DNA of 64,000 nt from contig OZ249447.1 of NCBI GenBank assembly GCA_965235115.1, forward strand, positions 21,452,001 to 21,516,000. Reading direction: 5' to 3'. The position numbers and the translations under genes were made by a program. The notes under the pieces were generated by a model. It had not been told where the DNA came from, searched no databases, and worked only from the letters and a program-made list of their open reading frames with translations. Within the stretch, counting starts at the first letter, position 1, and every line of letters starts with the position of its first letter. This DNA is from Laetmonice hystrix (lineage: Eukaryota). Positions 8,804 through 20,800 of this stretch are shown here, piece by piece.

Positions 8804-11800
8804 CTGCAAAAAGTAAAAAAATAACCTTCAATAAACCGTTCCTTGTGAAAACATGACCTTCAATAAACCGTTCCTTGTGAAAACATTAACCTTCAATAAA
8901 CCGTTCCTTGTGAAAACATAACCTTCAATAAACCGTTCCTTGTGAAAACATAACCTTCAATAAACCGTTCCTTGTGAAAACATAACCTTCAATAAACCGT
9001 TCCTTGTGAAAACATAACCTTCAATAAACCGTTCCTTGTGAAAACATAACCTTCAATAAACCGTTCCTTGTGAAAACATAACCTTCAATAAACCGTTCCT
9101 TGTGAAAACATAACCTTCAATAAACCGCTCCTTGTGAAAACAATCTCATTTTCTTTGATTACTACGAGACGATCCATCACCGTGTCACTCGCCATACTCC
9201 CCTTACTCCCTTTATTTGACTTTCTCAATAAAATACGAAATTTGACTTTAGAATAAAAGGGCTGTTTTAGTGAACCTGTTTAGGGATGATTCCTGGCCGC
9301 TTGAGGTGGTAGAGCTTGACGACCATGTAGACATCAGCACTGGCCTCGTGATGAAGCTGGTCGTTCAATGTGGACAGGGCGCAGAAGATTCCTGCCTCGG
9401 TGCCACCAAATCTACAACATCGGCAGAAACAGACAGAGGTCACAACCGGCGGGCATGTTCACACATTCCTGGACATTCGGCGTCAACACTTGGCGAAACA
9501 ACCAACGGCTACGTCTGGGTCGCTTGGCAACCCCTTGCGGGAAAAAATGTGAAATTATCTGTAACCAGGAATAATATACAGTTTTAATTTTAAGTTTTTA
9601 TATTTTTCTTAAACTTCGTAGTTTTCATATTTTTATTGATCGTTATTAGTGCAACAGTTGTACAAACTAGCACATTTTTTTTTATAATCTGTTTTAATTT
9701 TAGCAGAAGAGAACCATTCAGAATCATGGATCAGTAGCCTGGATAACGTACTGACTACATGAGCTATGATTGACTTGACCCATTATGTCCCTGAATGAAA
9801 TTACTAAGGACGTAGGTCGGAACATTGGTTAAGTCCACCAATAGTACAGTACTCGTTCACATCTCATACATGCAGAATGAAATTCTACAGTTAGTAACTT
9901 CAAGCACACGTGCATAAATGTCTTCTGCATAATTTTACCATCAGCTAGCTATAGTCCCTAATAGCCTCTTCAGGAAGCTTCCTATCCCTCATATACTTCT
10001 GTCAATACTGCCACACTCTGTTATTATAAGATATTAATTATCACTAAAATCTCTCAATTGCACGATAAAACAAAAGCAGGTTACCCCAACATGATAATAT
10101 TTCACGACAGTATGTAATTCTCACGCCGATTGTCCATATGGTTTCGATGGATCCTGGTTCATCGCCGACTTATGAGCAAAGAACGGTATGATACACTAAA
10201 CCACAAAAATCTCACCAAAATTAGCAAACCGGACTCCCCCTACACAACACTGGCATTTGTTGACCATCCTTAACTCCATTTTATCCGTTTAAGATCTAAC
10301 AGATATAGGTTCTATCTCATATTTCTACGGCACGCAACTTATGAACACAGACAATAAGGAAGCGGAAAATTATTAAATTAGATGTTTGGTAATTACCTAA
10401 GTATAATCAGATATATTTAGTGGTAGATCCAAAAAAAATCCGACTAGTACCATGCCCAAGGTTCCCACGCTCACCTGACCCTGAACTGATACGTTCAAGG
10501 TCATCCTCAGACAAATCAACACCATTTCCTTCAAAAATCAACGAATTTTCAACATGAAAGGACCCCCTTTTGTTTTCCATCCTAAAAAATTAATTCAGGC
10601 CCTTTAAGAAACGGTTTCTTATGTTCAAGGACTTTCAAAGATTTGACCTTTTAATATAATTACGTTTACACGCTTCTGCTAACTTTGAAGGTGCGTGGGA
10701 ACCGTGCATGCGGTAACTCGGAGCTAGCTACACATCATTCATTTGTGACGGGTAGTCTGAACACTTAGAACAACAAGTCGCCAGAGAATGAGGCGAAACA
10801 ATGAACAACTCTTCAGTGTTAGGCAAACAGTAGAAACAAAGAGACTGTATCTAATGGAACGCTGACAATGGTGACGTCATGTGGAAAGCTTAACGTGTAT
10901 GTTTACACTGTAGCAGTAGTATTGATGGAGTTATAATGTAACATACATCTACCTGCACAAAAGGACATACATGTAGTACTGTTTACAAAAGTAGTAAAGC
11001 GTACAAATTGTGGTGTCTTTGAAATGGCGCCAGAGTTCTAGCCGTAAGGTTGTTATCTATTACTAGCCAAGATAACTTCCGAAATGCATATGCAGGTTTG
11101 GTATTTATTTCTTCTCTTTTCTTAAGGGGGGGGGGGTTGTTTTGAACTTCTGAAATTACATTACCACAAACTTGAAACTTCGCTTAATTACCATATATCA
11201 TTTTCTGTGCAACGGTGAGAACCCTGGGCCTGACATACACTGAACCCCCCATGTAAAATACACTAAAAATGTAAGAAAAAGTTTATTTCCCCGATCATAA
11301 AACTGCATCATGACAATGTGACACTCTGCAAAGCAAACCTAATACAAGAGAAGACAAACAGAGAGAAAAGGTGTTTTGTATTCTCATTAACAGCGACGAG
11401 TGAGCCTTTTGGTGGTGCCTGGCCGGCGTAGAAAGAGTAGGCTCCTAGAGTCAGCAATCTTGGCGGCCATTTTACCTGTGTGATGTGGGAGAGTGGATCT
11501 TGGATGCGGGTGAGGCTGGAGGCTCCATGTGGGGCACCCGCATCATCTGGCTGTGTAAGGTCGTCAGGGCACAGAAGATGCCCGCCTCTCGCCCCCCAAA
11601 CCTGGTGGTCAAGCAACACATCGTCCATGATCGGTGGTTAGTTGGACGGCAGCACCAACGGCGACGGTAGGAAACAACGCTAGACGCGTCCTTCTACGTG
11701 CAGCTGTTGGTTCCCGGGCCCTTATGTTAGAACACTGCCCTCACCCAGCTAACCATCTACACTACCGGTCAGTGCTGCTACGATCGTAATTAATGGGTCA

Positions 11801-14800
11801 GTTGTGTTTTGTACGTGCCAGTATTTGCTGCTGTGTTAGACCTCTGGCCCAGCTTTCTACTGTTAGTAGTCCTATCCTAACTCCCTACTTATGAGACTCT
11901 GGGAAAAAAAGACTTGATCGACTGAAGTCTATGGTTGTGCTATTCAGGTCTTTAGGGCATGCAACTCCTCCGTCATGACAAGACCAGACACGCTGGCTCC
12001 TTACATAGACTTGAAGGGTTCATTCTGTAATAATGTACTCTTCGAAACCCTTCACCTAGATCCTTGTGCACAAATGATATTCGCTCTAGACTACAGACGT
12101 ACCGCCGTCCTCTTACTTTGTATGAATTATTCTCTTTATGTGTGAAGGTAGTCATGTCATCTAGTACTGAAAACTTAATTGCTAGGGTAACAGTATACCA
12201 TCCACCACTCATTCCAGTAACCTTACTACAGAACCCAGCCACCCAAGCTGTTAGATGTTTGAGGTGTGAGAAAAATGCTCCTTCCAGCGTTAACAACATT
12301 TGAGGGGTTTTACATTTTAACTTTACATATAACTATCTTAAGTAAACTGACCTAATAAAAGACAATCTGCATTAATTCATTACATTATACGGCTGAGACT
12401 TAGGCCAAGATTAAAGGTTTGTGAACCTACTTTTTTAATGACCACAACTACCCGTACGCTGCACAGCTTGAATTAAAGTTAAACGTGATAGAAATTTAAG
12501 TCCAAACTACCCTCAGTGTGATTGCATATACCAATACCTCACATGCAAACCGTGCCGTTTTGACCACGTGTTCTGGACCCCTCCTCAGAAACCTACTACA
12601 ACCATGAATACTTTGTAAATCTTGTCCCAGCACCGCTTTGCCAGCTTTTTGCTATCATCCAGACAGACCACAGACCTGTCAATCACGGTACCAAGCCCCT
12701 CCCACAGTACCCCGACCGCACGCGCCACCTGGCGGCGAACACGGGCAGCCAGTTGTACCGCACGCGCCACCTGGCGGCCGGTTGTTGTACCGGTAGGTGG
12801 AGACACTCACTTGTCGACGACGATGATTGGGCCCTCCACCTCCTTGTTCTCCTGGTGCCACGACTTCACCGTCTGAATGAGCTCGAACGCTGTCGATAGG
12901 GGCGTGCAGCTGTCCGGCCAGTACGACGTCGATATCATCCGGGTCGTGCACTCATAATCGTCCTGCAAATATACACCTTCACATTCACTGGACTGTCTTC
13001 AGGCTGCTCTTTGGTCAGTTAATAAAGAGTTGACCAGAGAATAAAGTGTCGGTTTTTACTGCGGCAGCTTCAGGGGGTGAAAAATATCTGCTTTACCTGG
13101 GTGGATTCGAGCAGGAAGTCTCGACAGATGTGACTGGGCCGCTCCTCCAGCTCGGTGAAGGTGACCTTGAAGTTACCACAGTCCATGGTCTGTCCCAGCG
13201 TCGGCCAGAACTCCATGTACTCCTGTTGTCATACAAACATGTCAACAACCAAATATTCAAACAAACTCCTTTTTTACAGACAAGCTGACCTGAAAAAATG
13301 TTATCCTGCAATTGCATTACCTGAAAAGGCAACTTGTCCTGTTTGAAAGGAAAACAATCTTACTGATCTCAAGCCTTTCCCAGAGTTTTTTTTCGTAATT
13401 TTGTGCAAAAGAAAAAGCGTCACGATAGAGTGTGATGTTTTTGAAGGCAATCCACAGAAGTCTTTCATTGCCTAGTGTTCATAGTACTAGTCAACTAGTC
13501 AGCACAAATATATCAAAATCAGGATACGCCTAATGTAAAAGTATCCTCTAAAGTGAAAGGCACTAGTAAAACATTATGTATGTAACAAAGTGTGACTGTG
13601 AATTGCATTAAACACTAAGAAAACAGGATTTGTACATGTCAGTACAGTTGTACCTTCAAGCAATCTGCTTTTTGATTTCAAGATTAACTATGTACTAAAG
13701 ATTAGACCATCCACAAGACCTGTTCTTGTGAGCGCCAAGCGCCAATATTTCCAAGAAATATGTGCATATAAGAAGTCCTTCCTGAAAATCCAATAACCTC
13801 CAGGCACTTCAACCTGTGTTTTATGGTAAATATGGAATCAGTTTTGAATGACAGAAGTTATAGATGTTTGTATATGAAAGAACAAATAATTACTGAATAG
13901 GTAAGTAGGAAAAATAAAAGTGAATTCAAATAGACAGCCGCCACCGGGAATACAATACTAAAACAGGACGGGGGTGGAACTAACACTGTTACAGGTACCG
14001 ACTAGACTGGTGGAGACAACTCTTGGAGAAAGATCAAGTTTACCCGGTACTTTCATTGCACTGTGTGTCACCTTAACAAGACCAGGTTTGGTTTGCTGAT
14101 GTTATTCTAGCATTCAGACTGATACAACTACCGTAACACAAACAAACAGAAAACAAGCACACAAATGAAAACCTCATGTATGGCTCCGTCAGGGGAAGGG
14201 TTGACATTTACTCTCGTCAGCTCTCGGATCAAAAAGAGACTTTTAATGATGAATGAAAACTAAGTGACAACATGAATAACAACCAACAAAAAAAGAGAAA
14301 GTAGTCAAATTCTATTTCTACCATAAGAGTAGATCTTAAAGGCAAGGCTTGCAGTGTGATGTTTATCCTAATAATGCTGATGCCATAACTGACAAGAAAT
14401 AACCTTACACTGAATAGGTGAAGTCAGAAAGGAAACTTCAGTAAGGCAAGCCTTGATGGTTAGGCAACCTTATGTTACACTAGGCCAAGACAAGGTTATT
14501 CCATATACAACATGTAGCTTTAATGCTACTTTCGAAGTTGGTCTTACAGCTCACTTAAAACTCAATACTTCGTACTTTCCCCATCCAATTTCTTTGGGCC
14601 ATGTAGTTTGTGCATTAAGATGCTGCTTCTGAATACATAACTTATATGTGCTATTGTCCGGAGGGTGTGTCAGAAAGGGTGTCAGAAATATACAGCCCAG
14701 TGCAAACAATAGTTTGGTGAAGAATCAAATAAACGTCTCATTGGGGTCAAAATTGACAGAAGGGTCTCAAATTAAGCGAACAGGAACCTTGTAATAAATC

Positions 14801-17800
14801 CTTTAGTTTGTCTAAGGCTTCAAGGGAACCAAATAATCTAGAGAAATATTATTGATTCAAGGAATCCTCTGTTGTAGGATATGCATACTTTGGATCTGAT
14901 ACAGGAAACCATACATAGGAAAGCAAGCCTTAAAAGTGACAAGGAGTCTGGTACAACTGCGGAGGCTGCAAGGTCTGGGGTGGTGCAGTGGTGGGTGATG
15001 GTTATGGTGCCATGGGTTATGGTGCCATAGGACAAACACGCTCAGGTCGGTGCTGCATTTGGCAGTTCCATAACAAATACTGTTGACTTTATAATTTCCA
15101 ATACTCTAACAATTTCATATTGCTGCATAAAACTGATCTAGTCTTAGACCATTTACCGTAGTAACGCTCAGGCTTGAGCAAGATATATCGGTTAAATTAA
15201 GAGATACAAATTTAGACTTTTATTGAGCAAGATTTTCAGGGGTATATTTTTTGATGGTACTGTTTTGAAACCTACACGGACATGCCAACAGCAGTCCCCA
15301 CCTGACCGTGCCTTTATGGGAAGAGTTTGGTGTGTGTGGGTGAGCTGCACATGTGGCTTAACAACACTGACAAAGTGTCGATGTAGTTATCATTTACATG
15401 TTTGTCTGTGTCAAGTTGCCAGCCCACCTCGGCGTCGGTCTGTGAGAGTAGTACAATGGTCATTGAGTTGCGATCCCACACCATGCGCCAGAAGTCGGTC
15501 ACCGTCGACTTTAGCGGGTGCTGTGTCACTATATACTCCTCATTTCGGTTGTAACCCTGAAAATGTGGAAACAAATTTCCTTGAAAATCAAATTGGCAAA
15601 ACCACTTTTCTGGTCGGCTGTTTCAGTACTAGACCATATTTGATCTACACTAGTGTATCATATATATTGATTGTGTAACTTCATGTTAGATATTTTAACT
15701 GACACGTCACTTCATTGTGCACTTGCTTCATCAGGTCAACACAGAATTGGCATGAGTGAAATTACCTGCAGGAAGGATGCATTGATGTAGTCTGAGCCTT
15801 CCTCCCCCGGCTGGGCTGGTAACCGTACCCGGGCCAGTTCAACTGGAGCAATCAAACCAAGTCATGTGGGAGTAGTCAGACACAATAACTGGCAATATAT
15901 GGTGCTCAGACACAATAACCGAAAATGTAAGGGTGCTCAGACACAATGACAGACAATTTAAGGGTGCTCAGACACAATAACTAGCAATGTAATGGTGCTC
16001 AGACACAATAACGGGCAATGTAATGGTGCTCAGACACAATAACAGACAATGTAATGGCGCTCAGACACAATAACTAGCAATGTAATGGCGCTCAGACACA
16101 ATGACAGACAATGTAATGGTGCTCAGACACAATAACAGACAATGTAATGGCGCTCAGACACAATGACAGACAATGTAATGGCGCTCAGACACAATAACTA
16201 GCAATGTAATGGCGCTCAGACACAATAACTAGCAATGTAATGGCGCTCAGACACAATGACAGACAATGTAATGGCGCTCAGACACAATAACTAGCAATGT
16301 AATGGCGCTCAGACACAATGACAGACAATGTAATGGCGCTCAGACACAATAACTAGCAATGTAATGGCGCTCAGACACAATGACAGACAATGTAATGGTG
16401 CTCAGACACAATAACAGACAATGTAATGGCGCTCAGACACAATGACAGACAATTTAAGGGTGCTCAGACACAATAACTAGCAATGTAAGGGTGCTCAGAC
16501 ACAATGACAGACAATTTAAGGGTGCTCAGACACAATAACTAGCAATGTAAGGGTGCTCAGACACAATGACAGACAATTTAAGGGTGCTCAGACACAATAA
16601 CTAGCAATGTAATGGCGCTCAGACACAATAACGGGCAATGTAATGGTGCTCAGACACAATAACGGGCAATGTAATGGCGCTCAGACACAATAACGGGCAA
16701 TGTAATGGTGCTCAGACACAATGACAGACAATGTAATGGTGCTCAGACACAATAACAGACAATGTAATGGCGCTCAGACACAATGACAGACAATTTAAGG
16801 GTGCTCAGACACAATAACTAGCAATGTAAGGGTGCTCAGACACAATGACAGACAATTTAAGGGTGCTCAGACACAATAACTAGCAATGTAAGGGTGCTCA
16901 GACACAATGACAGACAATTTAAGGGTGCTCAGACACAATAACTAGCAATGTAATGGCGCTCAGACACAATAACGGGCAATGTAATGGTGCTCAGACACAA
17001 TGACAGACAATGTACCGGTAATGGTGCTCACACACAATGACAGGCAATGTACCGGTAATGGTGCTCACACACAATGACAGGCAATGTACCGGTAATGGTG
17101 CTCACACACAATGACAGACAATGTACCGGTAATGGTACTGACACACAATAACTAGCTATGTAATATCACTGACAGAGACAATTCTGTGGTTGAGAAGTAG
17201 TTGGTTGACAGAGGTAAACCATGATGTTGGCGAATCTCACCTGGCAGTATCTGTTTGGACCTGTTCTTCATGAGATTCACAGGTAACATGGCCGACGTGA
17301 GGTGGAAGTCACGCGGTTCAAAGGACGTCACCAACTGAAACGGAGAGCACAGTTTACATAAGCAATGGAAAATACAAGCCATTTACAGGTTATTTCCAGA
17401 CATCACCTTACAACTCACCCACCCACTTCCTCCCTCTGTCACTGACCTTGAACTGTTTCTCCATGAAGGTGACCTTGTCCGAGTCCTCCAGCAGCAAGTC
17501 CTCCACGTACTTGGCAATGTTACAGTCCTTTACCTCCGTCTCACCCCCACTCTGAATGTACTCCAGCAGGGCATCGTGGATAAAGATATACTGGTCCTGT
17601 TCCAACATCAAACAAACTATCAACCTCTGTATCAACACCATCAACTCTTACTCCAAACAATGTTCAATTATCCATGCCATAATGGGTATATGCACCCAAC
17701 TATTTCTAGAAAGATTTGAGATAAACCTACCCAGATAATGATTCGACAAGGTATGATTGGAAGAAGGTCTGGGCTCAGTTTTTTTTAAATTTAAGATTTT

Positions 17801-20800
17801 GTTTAAACTTTCTGATTGGGTGGTGTGCTTATAGCAGTCAAAGAGAAGCACAAGAAAAACCAGGCCCTTGTAACATGACAAAGTTGTGCTGACCTCTGTT
17901 TGGACTAGGTAATTGCGCTGGTTCCGGATGTGAGACAAGAACCCATATACATTCAGCGTGTTTTTATCTTTGATTTGTCGCATCATGCTGTCGAGCACAA
18001 TGTAGGTGCCTGTCCGCCCGACTCCCGCACTGGAACGACACATCAATATACAATCTCATAATACAAATCATTAACTGTGGTACGACTTCCAAAGGTATAT
18101 GAAGATCAAAGGAAGGCTTAAAAAATAGACTATGTAGGAAAAAATAAAAAGGTAGAACAGTTAGACCCTCTAGTGCTATAACAATATTACCGGTATACCT
18201 GTAATACCATTATAGCATTTTAACAGTATTAAATCAAAGCAGGTCAAGAAATTCACTAAGATAAAGTTGACGTTGAATGGACCCGCAGGCTGATAGTTGT
18301 GGGGCCTCACCTGCAGTGTATGATGATGGGCCCAGCGGTCTCGCCAGACGCTGCCGCCGACTTGCGCACATACATGAGTACAGGCAGGGTGAAGTCAGGC
18401 ACGCCGTGGTCAGGCCAGTCGGTATAATGGTACTGAAACACCACCCGCTCTGTGGCTCCCTTCTGTAACCAGGTAACACAGAAATAAAACCTATCATTAT
18501 ATGTAGGCCACTCTGTCAACTCATACTATAACCTTATGGGAATCGAAAAGGAAATTAACTATCTAGTATTATTTACATCATTAAATACCGGTATACATGG
18601 TGTATATTATAAAAAAAAAGTCTGAAGAAAAATTCAACCATTTTGATACTTTGTGAAGCATTGATGGTAAGAAAGGCAAATAAAAAAAAAGTAGTGAACA
18701 TTTCAAAACACATCTGGGCGAGTTCCTTTTCAGCATGCAGAACAAGCAGAGATGATGACGTCTGACTCTTTACATTAGAGAGAGCGTGTGCACTTATTAG
18801 GATCACAAAGCTTTACTGGGGTAGTCTTCTTAACAAGAAAAATATGTTAGTTTAGAATGGTTGCTGTGTATCCAAAAAGAAGCTTTCAAAACGCTGTGTA
18901 TTTAATGTATACATGTACTGGAGTCAGGTAACTTGTAGTCAGACCCCTCTTTTCTCAGGAAAATAATTTACAGCCTCACTCTCATGAAACTGACAGACGC
19001 TGGGTCAGAGGTAAAGCTACGGAATATGATCCTACAACTGTGGAGACATACTTCCAGGTATCAAACCATTTTAAAAGCCCAAACACGGTGAAACCTCAAG
19101 TCCTGTACCCCGACTTGTAGTAATTCCTAGAACTTCAAGGAGTGGGTTTCTGGTAGTTTTTTTTTTTATATTTATCTCATCTACCGGTAATCATCTTGGG
19201 ATTACGCGGATGATTACAGGTAGAGGAGTTTGAATGGTTAGGCTGGGCAGGGTGGGAAATCTCGATGTTGTCATGGTAACCATACCTGAATAGGGGCTGT
19301 CCCTAAAAGCCTCTCCCCGGCTGCTTTCTGCAACAGTTCCCAACATAAGGCAAAGCAATAAATAAAAATCTACTGATGAGTTTGAGATATCATTTAGTAA
19401 CTGTCCGCTCTGGACGGATTGAAATTTAGTAATCTTCTGACCGATCACAATTAGTTTTAAGGTGCATGCTTGAATCATTTGGGTTAACCTTGATCTTTAC
19501 AATGAAGCTTGCTTACTACCGTTTGAATACAGCGTGCTCTCTTTTCTATGATCTCATCATTTCTATGCTCTTATTCCACAAGGAGGTATTTTCATTCTCA
19601 ACGCATCCAGTATATGATTGTAGTAGTTTCAATTCAAGACATTTAGGTCTGTTTTCATCCAACTTCTTAAGGAAATAAGACTACATTATTGCTGGGTCTG
19701 AATCTCACGAGAAGGACCCGTCCTTGGGTGAACTAACGATTTGCTAAAGACTTGTCTTACGGCATCACTAAATATCTTCTTTATTATGTACCGATAACAA
19801 AAAAAATAAATGACAGTTCTAAATCATAAAATATATATTTTATGATTTGATACATCTTTCTGCAAGAATAATATATTTTAAAAACTCCTAGGTTATCACA
19901 GAATTATGCTTTTTCACGTTTCTAGAGTTATCTCATAATTATCTGAACTACGGTACATTTAATCAACCTCCTTCTCAGCGATTCATTTTGCCACCAAAGT
20001 ATACTAGGGCTTGTGTAACAACTACCCTTACAATGTTCTGTGGCCAATTTTAGAGGCACTGAGTAATGGTAATGCAGACCTTTACACATTCCTAAACAGA
20101 GTAGCAACAAAGTTTTACCGTATAAGCAAACCAAGTACAAGAGAATAACCTTAAGAATTAACTTACGATAAGAAAATTAAACATATCTTTTCCTTTTTGC
20201 ACCCACAATGCGCGTATTTCAGACGATAACTTGCAAACTTAACAGTAGAGGATTTTTCAGTGCTTTGAATTGCCACTTACGTACTACTATAGATCTAGGG
20301 CTGAACTTGATCATTTATTTACAGGACTTCAAAGGTAAGAAAGCAGCCATTACAAGTGAACGGAAGTAAATATTTCCTATATCATTCCTGAATGTTTACT
20401 AATCCATTAGTCAGTTTACAATCGTTTTACCCAATAACATTGCCCAGTAATTTTTTTAATGCCAAGATTACAGTACCAGGATTTCATTCCATTCAGATTA
20501 CAGTCTGCTCCACCAATACTAATTTTGACCCTCTCAAAGTCTACAACATGCCAGTGTGTCGGTACCGTGTTATCACTTGAAGGATCCTCGTAAGTCTATT
20601 ATGCAGCTATTCTGATATTTCATATGGTTGTCACAACTCAGAGCCAAGCATGTCCCACAGTCACTAATGATCGGAGAGGAAGTGAAGTATATGTCAGAAA
20701 TAATCACTCAATAATAACGACTGAGATATACACCCAACATAGCCTGCTTTGTGGGGGCTGTTTCTTCTTCCAAAAGATATCCCAAACCATGCAACTCTGG

